A stretch of DNA of 63,990 nucleotides, counting the filler, from Basidiobolus ranarum (Eukaryota), in assembly GCA_040143965.1 (NCBI GenBank). It is 5 parts of 5 records of this genome, joined end to end, with 100 filler letters (N's around TTAATTAATTAA, not from the genome) between each part and the next. Parts side by side here need not be neighbours in the genome. Positions count along the whole stretch, not along the records: positions 1 to 13,033 come from JASJQH010007383.1; positions 13,134 to 26,144 come from JASJQH010007384.1; 3 more parts are not named here. One strand, 5' to 3'. Position numbers and translations under genes: made by a program. Below are positions 1 through 13,424 of the stretch, piece after piece (positions within the stretch are counted from its first letter, which is position 1; every line of letters begins with the position of its first letter). The notes under the pieces were generated by a model. The model saw only the letters and a program-made list of their open reading frames with translations, did no database searches and had not been told where the DNA came from.

Positions 1-357
1 AGTGGGAAGAAATCTGTGCACTACAAATTGACAACATGCCTGCAGGAAAGAGCAGGAGGGGCGTGAGGATCCAATTAAGAAATGTGACGGGGCGCGGAAG
101 GCCAGTAGGGTGTTTTAATTATGATTGAAGCGCATTCAACTCTGGTCAGAAATGCTACCCTGATTCGTTGAGTAACTTTGGTGATATAGATCAACCATCA
201 TGGAATCTACTAAGCGGAGTGACTTTGTATTCCCGTAATGCACTTGAAGCGATGTCTCAGAAGAGATTTACTCCTCCGGCTAGGCCTTGATTTATCCAGA
301 TAGGGTACTGATCTAAAATATAAATATGCCATTACATCATCGACTCGGCCAACTATA

Positions 358-1260
358 TTAAGAGTGGGTTCCATAAATAAACGTAGCCAAATGAGTGGCC
401 AGACTCTCCCCAACATTATTTAACGATTCGCATCTGCAGAGACCTCATCTTGACGGATCTTAGCAGCTTAGGATCCACTCTACCAGCGATGTCAATCGTG
501 GAGGCCCTGATCTAAGATAGCAAGTTAGATGGGGAGCCATAATGAATGCCATTGCCAGATGGTGCTGTTGTAGCGTATGTAGTATTGAGCTTTGAGACAT
601 CTGAGAAGTGAGTGGTATTGACACTGGACTCCCACGCTAAAATAGGATCACTCACACCACCGCGCATGCCAATTCCCAGTGAGCTTTTTCTGACATGTGT
701 TGTACGCACAAAATAGCAAAACACTACTTCGTTCGGCAACGCTAATCTCGTCATCTTAGATAACACTGTATAGAGTCTTCTCTCCTTCATTGTAGGTTTG
801 TTGAGGAAATGATTATCAGTCAATTGACATTAGAATGAGGACTTTTTGGGGTATTGTACCTTCGCATAATCCAGCGAATGACTTCAACCCTCATCATGTG
901 AATTGATTATTGACAGGCTCACTGGACGGGGGATTTCGGATAGTGAAATATTTGCTCATCCGGGACGTCTTGCCTCCATGAAATGTTTGAGACAGTAATA
1001 CTTGCTGGTATATTAAATTTGAAGACTAACTGATCAGATTTCCATCTGGTGGCAAAAAACTCAACTCAATGATAGCAGTGTAGTTAAAGGTTCCCTGGAA
1101 ACTCATCATGTCTACTCCTTGGATCATTTGGAGCCTCATATCTTACACTTGAAACCCTGCCAAGGAGATCCTGACTGAGTCTACTTGATTCTTAAGGACT
1201 ATGAGTGTGGTACAGTTTAGTAGGAAGATCCATGGATCTCTCAGCACCTGTCAAGTAAAC
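358..1260 (+). pseudogene. Possible highly degenerate non-LTR (LINE) APE-endonuclease relic
   Basis: Broken motifs resembling APE signatures: LRVGSIN at 358, ILAA*DP at 457 (cf. DILAxQEP), VILAGILN at ~995 (cf. ILAGDFN). Many stops, and the spacing is longer than expected. Confidence 0.25.
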
Positions 1261-1899
1261 CTAGAATGGGACAGAGTTGCTTATACTTAATATTAGTGGA
1301 GTTTATATTGCTCGTCGAGGAGTCACGGGGGGAATAGAAAAGAAGAGAATTCAATTGAGTCATCTTCAAAACTTTTATTTGGTCCAAGTCTGTCATGATA
1401 TTTGATTACATTGTTGAATGTATGTAATTTGAATAGCCTGACTCATCTCAGCTTGAAGGTGGCCTCTCACTTAGTGACTATATCAATATGCGCATGTTAG
1501 TGTATATCATCAATTGACCTCTGAGGGTAAAGAACATACTGTTTGCCATTATCTCTAAAATTATATATCGAATTCGGCCATAAATCAAGTGAGTACTCAG
1601 CCAAATAACTGGTACAAGTATAAGTCTATTGAAATATTAGTAAGTTAGGCAACCAAGTATTCATAAATCATACGTGGCTTACTAAATGATTGTTTACTGA
1701 ATGTTCCATAAATCACAATCGTAACATATATATGGGAACTATTCAGCCTTACTCAACTTTCTACACTCGCATGAAGCTCTCCAAACTTTCCCCTCAATAT
1801 CTTTAGTGCTCGAGCATCATATTTCTGGTGCTTTACCTTTAAGACCAAGAATGCTGTAATTCTGAACATTAAATATGGATCTTTCCAGATTAAAACAGC

Positions 1900-2469
1900 T
1901 TCAGTTGTTAATAGCACTTCCACAAGATTCATCATATCAAAACATATAGGAGATAGAAGAAGTTGAATTTGCATCACTGGTTATTGTTGAAAGATTGCAG
2001 TTAAGCAGTTGATTATTCTTATAGAAAACATGATTGATGATATATTAACCAAACCATTAGCTAGGCAGAAATTTGGGAAATTTAGACCTTCCTTAGGATT
2101 AGTTTATGTGACTATTTAGTTGAGGGAGAGTGTTGAAATTAGCATTGCCTAAACACCTATAGAGTAATATATAGCTTAGTACTTAGTTATCCTATATTGA
2201 ACTAAGATATCACCCATTATTCAATATCAGAATTTACTTAGACTATTGACACCAACTTAGAAGTTCTCGTATTTCAAACTTGTGCTAGAAGCACCAAACT
2301 TTTCACATATGTTTCCGGGACCTTTTTTAACACTTTCTACTCATTAGTCTGCTTACACCCTGACAAAACTATAAATGTCAACTCTCAACTCAATAAATTA
2401 ATAAGTGAAAACCACCGATTTCTCTAGTTCTCCAAACCACTTCCAACAGGCTCCCAAAACACTTTAACA
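1900..2469 (+). mobile_element. Ty1/copia 3' remnant: degenerate RNase H end + PPT + 3' LTR (LTR 2131-2469)
   Basis: Translates ENMIDDILTKPLARQKFGKFRPSLGL (copia pol C-terminus), then purine tract TGAGGGAGAG (2121-2130), then LTR TGTTGAAATTAGC...ACTTTAACA with TG..CA ends, homologous to other LTRs in the window. Confidence 0.9.
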
Positions 2470-4444
2470 CCAGCTTACATGTACCCACTGGTTCCTTTAT
2501 ATGTCAGAATCATAATGTATTTTTTTGTATACATATCCTATATATAGCAACAAAAGACAGCCCTTTCAAGCATGTTTCAAACGCATAAACTAATCCCCCT
2601 ATATACCTATGCAGGCAACTAATCTATGCTTCTTTTTTTTCAACCAGAACTTAAATGCTTAATTTCAATCCAACATACTGTCAGTTCAATACCTATGCTG
2701 TTACTAATTATCTTACCATATCTAATTCTTTCCTAATACTTACAACTATGATCAAATGCCATACTCTAGTGCACATATTGTGATATTAGGAATTCTAGCA
2801 CTGAATCCTTATCATTGTGTTTCTTTATTAGCAAACAAAGTACAAGTACTAATTTCTAATCAATAAAAAAGTTCAAATGTCATATTTCTTCTAAATATCC
2901 TAAACACTTACAATTTATCCCAAATTCCTACATTACCAATATCAGGCATCATGCTCTAATCATCCCATTAAGTTTGAAAGTTGAAAAAGGTGTCCAACAT
3001 GCTAACATACCAAAAATAGTGGATACTTCTCTAGAATATACTTTTTCCCTGTTATTGAGCTAGAATACTTTGTGCAGCTAAATCTGGCACTACCATCACT
3101 CAGTGTGATTATCAGTTTTAATCAGTTCTATTATGTTATATTATGTCAATGCCTGATAACCCCGGGCGTGATGGAACAAATCCAGCATGTACTATTTCAG
3201 ATTATTGGAAATGCAGCTCTCTGATTCAAGATTAATCACTGGTGGATCCTTCTTTTCCAAGTTCAGCATTGCTAAAAGATAAGCATGACTGCTTTAATTA
3301 ACAAGCTAACTAAATTAGATTCTTGAATCTCTAGGTATCAAAGCAACACTCGCCCAATCTAGAGGCTAGGGACATGGCAGGTTGGGCGTATGCATGGATA
3401 TCTCGGTATGGACACGCCTTTCAACAGTCAGTGAGAATTTCTACGCAAGCCACTAAGATAGATGTAAAGCTCAGCGATTTTATTGCACATGAGTGCAATG
3501 TACACAGTGGAGTGTGGTCCTCATTAGAAATGGAGTATTCAGAACATAGAGACTTGCTAACAATCGAGCTCGAAGAACGAGTTATCTGATCAAGAGTGGT
3601 GATTAGATGAATAGATTCGATGTCTAGCAAGCAGTTCTACACTGAGGTTTCATTTGTACATTATCATTTCTGTACAGCGGGATGCAACTCCGAGGTATAA
3701 TTTTTAGTAGCATATCACTGGGAAATGGAAACCGATCGTATATGGGATTTTTAACACCATCCCATACACATACTCCTGAGTGACACCATGTTGAGTGCTG
3801 AATTCTCCTAAATCAAAAGAGTCTGGACAACTCTTTTACCATTTCATATCACTCCAAATTATGGTATATCTCAGGGGAGACGGTTAAGCGGCTAAAAAGA
3901 AACAAAGTAAGTTCTCTGTAGTGATAATGCTAAACCAATGCACCAGGCTTATACCTGGACCAAAGTTAGTTTACAAACCAGTTAAATCGCAGTTGGTTAA
4001 AGCGATTGCTTTACGCATTGAGGATACTGAGATCATCAATCCGACGGAGTATCTAGTGAGACGAAAGTGGATTTATGTATGTATGGTGAAACGTATGCTT
4101 ATGTAAATGTGAAAACTTTATGTTAATCTCTTTATTAAAAATGGGACCATTGTACAGTTGTTCGAGATGGGTTCGAGTTGTCACAGTCATGATAGCCTTA
4201 TTATCGAACTAATCGAAGTAGATGCCTTCAATGCTTATGCTTCGTTGAAGTAGCTGGATACACATGAACACGACTTCAACATGCGTAAAGTTTGGTAGGT
4301 ATCATGAACTCTGCACTAGGTAATCAAGTTTTCATGTAGACCCAGGTCTATGTTTCAGGGATATCGTAAAAATCTAACGAACAAGCAGGCTATATAAATG
4401 CACGAAGTCTTCGGAAACAATTCAAACCAACATAGTCTCTTATC

Positions 4445-4732
4445 ATGATATCGAGCTCAGTCCGTAGGATTTCAAAAAGACTAAGTTTTAAGCCAACCGA
4501 CCCTCTTCCCAACAACGATTGTGGATTCTGCCACGGAGATCATGTATCTTCGGAGTGTGCTGAAGCGGTTTCTGAATTGGAACGTTATGTAGTGCACAAC
4601 TCCTCACATATGTTACAGGATCAACGGGTGGACTTCTCGGAAAGTTGGGAGCTAAACATGGATTTGGCCCGAATCAGAACATCCATTTACCGTCTTTCTT
4701 GCCGCCGTCTGGTCAATCAGGTATATACCTAA
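4445..4732 (+). CDS. Hypothetical 95-aa protein with CX2CX3HX4C zinc-knuckle-like motif
   Basis: TATATAAA at 4391, ATG 54 bp downstream, uninterrupted ORF with CGFCHGDHVSSEC. Confidence 0.45.
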   Translation: MISSSVRRISKRLSFKPTDPLPNNDCGFCHGDHVSSECAEAVSELERYVVHNSSHMLQDQRVDFSESWELNMDLARIRTSIYRLSCRRLVNQVYT

Positions 4733-6463
4733 AGTATAGTGAATAGTATCGAGTCTTTATTAACCAGCTCTACCCTAGGATTTCACCTTTAAGCCATAGG
4801 CCGTAATATTCAATTGCTAAGTGACAGAAATGAATTCATGTAAATATATTAACTCTATGCTAGTAGGCTAGGACAAAATAAACCCACGAAAATTCAGATG
4901 TACATTGAGCTTCACTCTTTTGGCTATACATTTATCGCTGTCTATTACAAGTGCTTTAACACCACTAACAGGGCCACAATATATGTAGTGGACGTAATTC
5001 ATAATTAAACATGCTCCTCGATCACGCCCCCGTTACGCATCAAAACGAGAAACAGGACGACTGGGAAACGGGATAAAATGGCATTTTAAATGTCTCTGGA
5101 AAATAATCACCAGGCAAATGATAAAAGGTTGGGCAGAAACCAGGACACGTATATGTCACAGATCTCGCACATTCACTTCGATCCGATGTGTTGGACACTG
5201 GACCATCGGAAACCTTACAAATCAACGTTACCATATTGAGATCAATGTTTAAGATGAGAGGGCTAAGGTTTGTTCCAACGGCTATACGACACTTCCTACC
5301 TCGGCTATCTGATATTCCAATGAATGGATCGGATCTGAATGTCTGAAATGGTTTGGAAGCCACATTGAATTTAGCACAATGTGGTTCATAAGGGCTAAAG
5401 TTTCGGAGAGGGTAGTCACTCATCAAATCTAAAAATTCAATGTCTAAAACATTCATGCATGAACGAGATTCGTTTAAGGTTGGTCTCGGTTTGTAAAGGG
5501 TATACCTTGAATGCATGGGTGGATGGTATTCCCATTGATACTATCCAAGTCTAAGGATCTTGTTCAAATTGCCAGCTTAGTAGATATGCTTATCTCCCAC
5601 CCGAAAGAACCAGGGAACCGTCCAAAAACGAAATTATATCAAGCATGTCCTATCTTCAGTACTTTATATTTCTTAAAGGGGCCTGATTAAAGGGCGGTTG
5701 GAGGGTTAGGGTTTCTAAAGTGAACTCCAAAAGGCCTCTTTTGAAGCCAGTAATCATCACTTTAAGCAGTGTGCCACTGATAGTTTTATCTTGTTGAAAG
5801 ATTGGATTTCGAAGACTTTGAGCCTCTCAAGAAGTGTGTTTAACACATTCTTAATGACATTTTAATGCCCTGCTTTTGTATATGGACTCCAAATCTATTT
5901 ACCAGTGCGCTGTTATTAAGGAAAATTTCCACTCACTAACTCTGATAAGGAAACATGTACATTAGATTACATGGTTTCTGGTAACGAACTTCCCAAAGTG
6001 AGATGAAAAATTGATGTCATATGGACAGTTCTGTAGGCCAATAAGCACCAACTAGTCCGGTGACCAGCAATCCATATCACTCCGGTAAGTTGGCCAGGCT
6101 AATTAGTAATTCCTCGTTAATTAAATATCCGAACTTCATCTCGAAATGGCCCAATCTCTTCGACGCGGGTATCTATTCTCGAATCACCATGGAATGCCAA
6201 ATACTTGAACATTATCGATTGTAAGGAAAATTTATCTGAGGAAGTCATAATAATGGACTAACAGAGTCGTGTAAAGTTTAGAAATATATTGTTATTTGAG
6301 TCAGGTGAATGAATGTTAAAATTGAAAGGTTTCTGTACTAGTGCTATATTACATATACTGGCTGTAAAAAGTTCGATAGTCGGGGTATACTATTAGTCTC
6401 TAATCTAAGATAAATACATGGAGGTATTACAATGAATCCGTTTGCTCATATTGATCGGAGCAT

Positions 6464-7559
6464 TTAGGCCGAGATAGGTGCATATGTATAGGATGGTGGC
6501 GGCAGATCCGTGTACGAGGGTAAGGTTTGATACCTAGGAGGAGATATATCCAATGATAATTGTTCGCTGGACCTCACTATTACTGGTAAATCCTTTTGTA
6601 GAACGATTCTCTCTCCCTGTCGTTTGTCATTCATTTGAAATAGAATACAGAGTTCATGCTTCACTTGAATATATTCGGTGTTCAACGTGGGATAGACATC
6701 AAGAGGCAATATCAAGTCTGGGAGTAATCTTCGCGTGTTCTCACTGCCGACCATTGCATTCCCAAAGTTATCAAATTTGGCGCTTTTTAACGGATATTCC
6801 TGGGTGCGAAAGTCCCAACTACCCTCAGGGCCGGAATAGTGCGTAGTTTCAATAAGATAGAATCGAATTTTGTGAATGTCTAGATCATCCGTCAGCGATG
6901 TAAGGTCTAGAACAATGGGTACACGTTGGTTGATTATCAGGGTTGGTTCACTCACTGAAATGTGGTACCGAAAGCGATCTTGCCAGGTGCCTAGTGTCTC
7001 GCTGGAATACATCAGTGCGTCATTATAATAGGAAGAAGAATTGCGTTGGATCTCTATGGAGCGTCTAGCTTTCAGATCGAAATGAAGACCAGGTCTTTCT
7101 ACAACGGCAATCATTCGATACTCTATACGACCGTAAGGAAGGTCAGTGGACTCGGGGGTACTTCCATCCAAAGCTATCTCAAAAGGATAACGGTATTGAT
7201 CGTTTTTGAGAGTGTAGAAACCTTGTGTACGAGTTAGAATCTCCAGTTTCCGATTCACGATGATATGTTCTCTGCATGTAATATCTATAAAGGAGAAGAT
7301 TAATAAAAACTCTAGAAACGCTTTCATGATGAAGAAGGAACTTACTGTCGTTTTCATTTAGCCTAACCTTGCCCACAAACTTGGCCCAGATCGATTTCAC
7401 TTTTAGCGGATTATTTACAGTGAGAATAACGCTACCTCTAAGGACGCAGCCGACGGACTCTTGTGGAGTTCCCTGTAGGGTTAGGAGATCGTTTTCAATC
7501 TCGAATTCTAGTGAGGCATTCTTACTTAGGAAGGGGAGATTCTTGGAATGCTTAAACAT
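6464..7559 (-). CDS. Alpha-arrestin (ART-type ubiquitin ligase adaptor), paralogue 1; exons 7559-7346 and 7284-6464
   Basis: Arrestin-N motifs (GTPQESVGCVLRGSVIL; YPFEIALDGSTPES; GRIEY), C-terminal PY motifs PPRY/LPSY/PPSY. A 61-bp GTAAGT..TAG intron joins the two ORFs in frame. Confidence 0.9.
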
Positions 7560-8977
7560 GCTACGACAGTGCAGTGTTGGATCAAGCTGAGGGGTTTAAA
7601 TTTTTACAAAAAGGTAGGATAAACGAAAGCAGACACTTAGAAGTACGAACACTAAAATTTCAAATAATACGCCATGCCAGGAGCCCGGCTTCTTTTTATA
7701 GTTGATGGAAAAATTGGATGTGTTGATTTTGAAGTGACTACCTCGTGTAACTGTGTACCTTCAGATTATGGTATGTGGTAATCCCTGAGATACCCGAATG
7801 AGGAGAATATACTATCTTGAGGTGAATCGAAGATCAATCAAGCAAATTCCATTTAGTGAGTAGATTTTGTGGGTCTTGCATTATTACAGGTTGGGTATAC
7901 ATACTGTTTATGGCAAAGAGAGAAAAAGGAAGATAAGATTAATGCTGTAGATTGGTTTGTTTATTAGAGGCAAATAATGATGATGCAGTTATGACGCAAT
8001 TACACTAGCATTCTCCCTTTTTGGCGGCAACTGCCCAGGCAAATATTTAGATTAGGAAACCATCCAAACAGGGTAGATTGTCTTCATTGGTTACCATGGA
8101 TTGAGAAGTATTATTGAGCATGAATTTGTCAAGCCTACATGCACTCTGTGCATAACTTATCCAAGATCCCTCGCTGTTTTATCTTGAGCCGAAGGGTAAA
8201 CCACTAGCTCAGCAACACTACAGAAGCATCGTAGAGCATTGCAATCTCCTCTCCTACCACGAGCAAATGCGACTAATCGAAAGTAAGATGCCACTGATGC
8301 TAGCCTACATACTAAACCATGAGACTTGATGATAGCTGGCTCGAGTTTTAGCTAACTAGATTCTCTTTCCATCCGGTCTTACTGATTACACAACTCACTA
8401 AATTCCAACTACCTTTAGTACTTGATGGAGTTAAGATAATCCGCACCTAACTTGATTAGGCCAAGTTCAATAGATATGACAAACCTATGCAATTCACTGT
8501 TCCCGGTTGACTTATGACACCAAGATAAGCCAATCCTTAGTATGTTCTAACAGCCTCATGTCTCTACGATGCATTTCTGCATTGCCTTTCATACTCTTAA
8601 TATACTATTCGGTCTGGAACCCTCAATCGGGGTATTTTTACGGAGAATGGATTCCCCCAAAATATCGATTCAAGAGCTTAACCATAACGGTATTCACGAT
8701 GTGACGTTTGTTGTATATAAGCTATATATATTGAGGATCTGTGAAATTGATTTTACATAGTGAAGACGTATCATCTTCCATAATGGATATCGAACCGGCC
8801 TCTTTCTCATTTGAAGTTTATAGATGTGCGAAACTTAAAAAGGTATATACTAAGGAAATGCAAAGGCTTATTGAGTTCAAGTACCGCTATTCGATCTTTG
8901 AAACGAGAGCTGCAAGTATGATGTTGACAGCCGGCAAAGTTTTACCTAAACATGGTATTTCTAAGCATTATCAGGCA

Positions 8978-10047
8978 TTAAGCTTGGATGGAAGTCGATG
9001 TATATTCGGGGGGTGATTCCAGGTTGGTTGTAGCTGGAGTTACAGAACCATATTCTGGAGGGGATGCATCTTGATCGATGCTTGAACGAATAGCAATAGG
9101 AAACTTGCTCTCAAGTACGCGCTTTTCTTCATTGTGCTTATCAATGATATGGAATAGTACCTGGATTTCATGTGTAATTTGAATATAATCCGTGTTCAAG
9201 CTCCACCTGACATTGGGAGGAAGAACAAGTTGTGGACATATCCTCCACTGCTTATTATCCTCAACGATTGTGTCATGCTTAATTTCTGACATAGGATGTA
9301 CTTTGGTTTGTAGGTCAATGGTACTTCCAGGGGTTCTACAACAGATGGTCTCAAGTAGACAAAACTCAATCTTGACAAGGTCAAAATCATTGGCGGTGCG
9401 AGTCAGATTCAATGAGACTGGGAACGGTTGGCCGATAATCACTGAAGGTTGAGGTATTTCTATGTTGTAGTGTAATCTCTCATCCCAATTTCCAGAAGAT
9501 TCAACCGGGACAGAACTGTATGTATAATCCGAGCTACGACGTAATTTAATTGTGCGCTTATCTCTTGAATCGAAATGAAGCCCAGTTCGCTCAGCGACAG
9601 CATATATCTTATAGCCAATCTTACCATTTGGTAAAGTAACAGATTCTGGCAAATTGCCTTCCAACGCAATTTCAAAGTTATATCGATATTGATTTGGCTT
9701 CAAATGGTATGGTCCTCCTTCAGCAGAGAGTAATTGAAATCTCCGCTCAACGAAAACATACTCCCTCCAAGAAACGTCTGAAAAAGCACGGTAAGATTCG
9801 AATTGATGCAGTGACTTACTAGCGAAGGCTATAAAAACTTACTGTCATTTCCGCACAATCTCGCCCTACCTATAAGCTTTCCGCGTAGGGATCTTAACTT
9901 GATTTCATCAAAAATAGTTAAAACTATTGATCCGCGAAGTACACAGCCAACAGAGTCTTCGGGGTTACCACGTAAGATGAGTGTATCATTTTCTAGCTCA
10001 ATACTCAAGAATTCTCCAGTGGTGAAATGGGCTGAAGTTGGAAACAT
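8978..10047 (-). CDS. Alpha-arrestin, paralogue 2; exons 10047-9843 and 9777-8978
   Basis: LRGNPEDSVGCVLRGSIVL, FEIALEGNLPES, two PPEY motifs. 65-bp intron at the same position and phase as in paralogue 1. Confidence 0.9.
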
Positions 10048-11100
10048 TATGTAGGTGAGGCAGATGTGCAATCAGGAAGTATGGGTTCACAAATGACCTA
10101 TTAGGATTATTTACCAGGAATTGCCATATATATAAATGTGTGTAGGGTTATAGAAAAAAAGTTCTCATCACTCAGAGTTTAGTGCACCCAATGGCCTCAG
10201 CAATTTCCGAAATTATTAGCTGAGATGATTGTACTTAATGGTTCATTTTTATAGATAATCAACTGCCTTATAAGGACATGAAGGCTGTATTATAAGAGTG
10301 GCCATTGTATTGATTAGAATGAGCCCAAAGGTGAATATGTATGCTAATGACATGTCAAAAAGCAACTTGAAACAAGCACTCTGATGTGATATATCAGGAC
10401 TGGTAAGTATTGCGTATGTATGGTTCAGTTGCAGAGAATGAAAATCCGATGAATGGTTATCGTGAAAGATCAGGGTATTGCGGTTATATTGACTGCAAAA
10501 TACCGATATTTGTTTGCCTTGTAATTGCATAAAAGATCTCAGCAGTGAATCATCCCCACATAGTGTTATATTGTGCTAATCCAAATTCATTGCCGACATC
10601 AGGATGATTTCGAATGCAGAACAAGATTCGTTATCGATATATCTGACCAATAGAGAGCACCCGACTCTCACACTTCTTCGGAATCCCCAATACATCTTAT
10701 CGGTTCAGAGCAACATAACCGCATGAAAATAACCTTTATTGTTTTTTACAAGTATCTATAATTTGCAGCCTACCAGAATAATGACAAAATGGTGGAATTT
10801 CTGGGATACTGATGAAAATGTACTGAAGGTTTGGGGTCTGTTGCGCCCCAATATTCAACTTGCATAAGTATTTGCTTTGCTGTACTCACTATGAAGCCAT
10901 GTGGCCCAATCATAGATCTTCTATTACTGCTATCAGAGCACGTATCTGAGCAAAAGCTATCATCCCATTTACTACTCAGTATATCACTACAAATCCAACT
11001 TTCCCCTCTTAGTTTCTCTCATAGTTGTCTAACACTCATGGAACATCATATAGCTATATAGCAAATCAACTCATTACTGTAACACACTAAATGATGAAAC

Positions 11101-11493
11101 TATTAAAGTATTTTGGGAGCCTATTGGAAGTGGTTTGGAGAAATAGAGAAATTGGTGGTTTTCACTTGTTGATTTATTGGGTAGAAAGTTAACATTAATG
11201 CTTTTGTCAAGATATAAACAAACTAACATAAAAGAGGCGTTAAGAAAGATCCTAGGAACATGCGTGCAAAGTTTGGGGCTTCTAGCACAAGTTTGAAAAG
11301 TCTATATATCTGAGAACTCCCAAGTAAATTCCAATTGAGAAGAATGGTTGATATTGTAGTGAAATATAAGATAACTAAGTACTAAGCTATATACAACTAT
11401 GTAGATGTCTAGACAATACTAATTCCAACACTCTCCTTCAATTAAATAGTCACATAAACTAGCTCTAAGGAAGGTCTAAATTTCTCAAATTTC
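11101..11493 (-). mobile_element. Ty1/copia 3' LTR (11101-11430) with PPT and last ~60 bp of pol, minus strand
   Basis: Reverse complement matches 2068-2469 (GAAATTTAGACCTTCCTTAG...TTGAAGGAGAG-TGTTGGAATTAG). Cut at 11493 by the opposite-strand element. Confidence 0.85.
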
Positions 11494-13033
11494 GGTTGAA
11501 ATTAGCATTGCATAAGCACCTATATAGCTATATATAGCTTAGTATTTAATTATCTTATATTTCACTAAGATATTATCCATTATTCTCAATTGGATTTTAC
11601 TTAGAATATTGACACCAACTTAGAAGTTCTCAGATATATTGATTTTTCAAACTTGTGCTAGAGGCCCCATACTTTGCACACATGTTCCTGGGATATTTGT
11701 TAACATATTATATATGTTAGCTTGTTTATATCTTGACAAAACTATAAATGTCAACTTTCTACTCTATAAATCAATTAGTGAAAACCACCAATTTCTCTGA
11801 TTCTCCAAACCACTTCCAACAGGCTCCCAAATACTTTGAAAGGTTATGAGCCCCAAGCTTGCACTCTCTGTTATGTCTACTCCTCAAATCTCAGAAACTT
11901 TTCATTTTTCCAAAAAATTGGATGGAGCCAATTATCAAGTTTGGAAAATCAAAATGAAAATGCTGCTGCAAGAAAAAAGACTTTGGGACACTGTTGTAGG
12001 AGAAGAAAACAATGCAAAACTATCTGAGACCAAAGTATTACTCCAGGTTAAAAAAGAACCAAGTGCCCTTAACACAAATTGTCTTAATGTTAAAGACAAA
12101 TTGCTAATTCAATGTTCAAGAGCTAAAACTGCCAAGAAGGTATGGAAAGCCTTGGAAGACACCTATCAAACATATTCTGTTGCCAACAAGATGTTTCTAA
12201 GAAGACAATTCTTCAACTTAAAGATGAAGCCAGGAGAAGATATTAAATCACTAATTAATAGAGTCACTATTTTAGTGGATCAAATGGAATGCATTGGAGT
12301 ACCTACCACTGATCAAGATATTGTAGTTACAGTTCTGAATAGCCTGCCAAATAAGTTTCAGAGCCTAGTAATGGCTCATTATATATTTGGCAGACTTTTG
12401 AATGAAGATTTACAAAAATTAGGATCCAACCAAAAGAATTAAGAAAATGCTATAATAGACTCTGGGAAACCTTCCTATAAAGGTCAAAAGCACTTTAAGA
12501 AGAAAAGTAACATATTCTGTGATCACTGTAAAAGAACTGGCCATTTAAGCCAAGATTGCTTTGAAGAATTGCAAAGAAGCAAAACATACTGAATTGGAAT
12601 ATGTGATTATAACAGAAGATCACTTGTTCATATCTGATCTATCTATGACTACCAACAAGGACTTTCAGACATGGTATATTGATTCTGGAGCTTCCCAACA
12701 TTTCACAAATGAAAAACAATGGTTTGTGGATTATGACAAAATCCCAATTAGAAAGGTTTTCATTGGAGATGATTACACATTGGATGCCATTGGAATGGGA
12801 ACAAATCAAGGAAATTTAACTGGAGCTTCTGAAGAGAAAGTGTATACTGTTAGGGATGTACTACATGTTTCAGATATTGCCAAGAATTTAGTATCTGTAT
12901 GCAAGGTCACCTCAGAAATGCTAAAATTCAATTTTGATAGGTCAGGATGCACCATCTCTGATCACAATGGGAATTATTTAGCTTTGGGAGAAAAGGATCT
13001 GAACTTATACAAACTTACAAACAATCCAAGGTT
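11494..13033 (+). mobile_element. Ty1/copia 5' part: 5' LTR (11494-11841), PBS, disrupted gag-protease; truncated by contig end
   Basis: LTR followed by GGTTATGAGCCC PBS. Gag KLDGANYQVWKIKMKMLL...LNSLP (11846-12442), zinc knuckle CDHCKRTGHLSQDC (~12518-12559), protease WYIDSGASQH and LHVSDIAKNLVSV. A stop and frameshifts split the polyprotein. Confidence 0.95.
11842..11853 (+). other. Primer binding site, internal tRNA-iMet fragment type
   Basis: GGTTATGAGCCC directly after the LTR; resembles the Drosophila copia-type PBS GGTTATGGGCCC. Confidence 0.8.
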
Positions 13034-13133
13034 NNNNNNNNNNNNNNNNNNNNNNNNNNNNNNNNNNNNNNNNNNNNTTAATTAATTAANNNNNNNNNNN
13101 NNNNNNNNNNNNNNNNNNNNNNNNNNNNNNNNN
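13034..13133. other. Artificial contig linker (N44-TTAATTAATTAA-N44)
   Basis: Six-frame stop linker flanked by Ns, identical at four places. Confidence 0.98.
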
Positions 13134-13424
13134 GCGATCGGTGGTAGCAAAAGGGAGCGTACGTGCCCTCCGTACGAGGATCGCACCATCATCCGTTGTG
13201 TAAATGACGACTGGTTCAAGACTATGTGTGGCGAAGGAACTGTCTGTCATGAGAAAGACCACACTGGACCATTCTGTGACCATGCTGATGACCATGAAGA
13301 ATGGGATCATGATGGAGACTGGGAAGGCGACCACGACGAACACAACGACTGGGAAGATGAACACCAACAAGATGGCCACGATGATGACTGGCATAATGAT
13401 GAAGACTGGGAAGGGGATCACTAA
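13134..13424 (+). CDS. His/Asp/Trp-rich secreted CBM19-like protein, copy 1 (5'-truncated by contig start)
   Basis: DRTIIRCVNDDWFKTMCGEGTVCHEKDHTGPFCDHADDHEEW...; the first ~40 bp are divergent, possibly low-quality contig end. Confidence 0.8.
   Translation, partial: AIGGSKRERTCPPYEDRTIIRCVNDDWFKTMCGEGTVCHEKDHTGPFCDHADDHEEWDHDGDWEGDHDEHNDWEDEHQQDGHDDDWHNDEDWEGDH

Noticed and set aside
5040-5516. 158-aa minus-strand ORF
   Set aside because: No recognisable motif, signal or promoter; cannot be supported.
5701-5713. Telomere-like GAGGGTTAGGGTT
   Set aside because: Fewer than two full units and internal; expected by chance.
13078-13089. TTAATTAATTAA palindrome repeated four times
   Set aside because: Assembly linker (six-frame stop), not biological.
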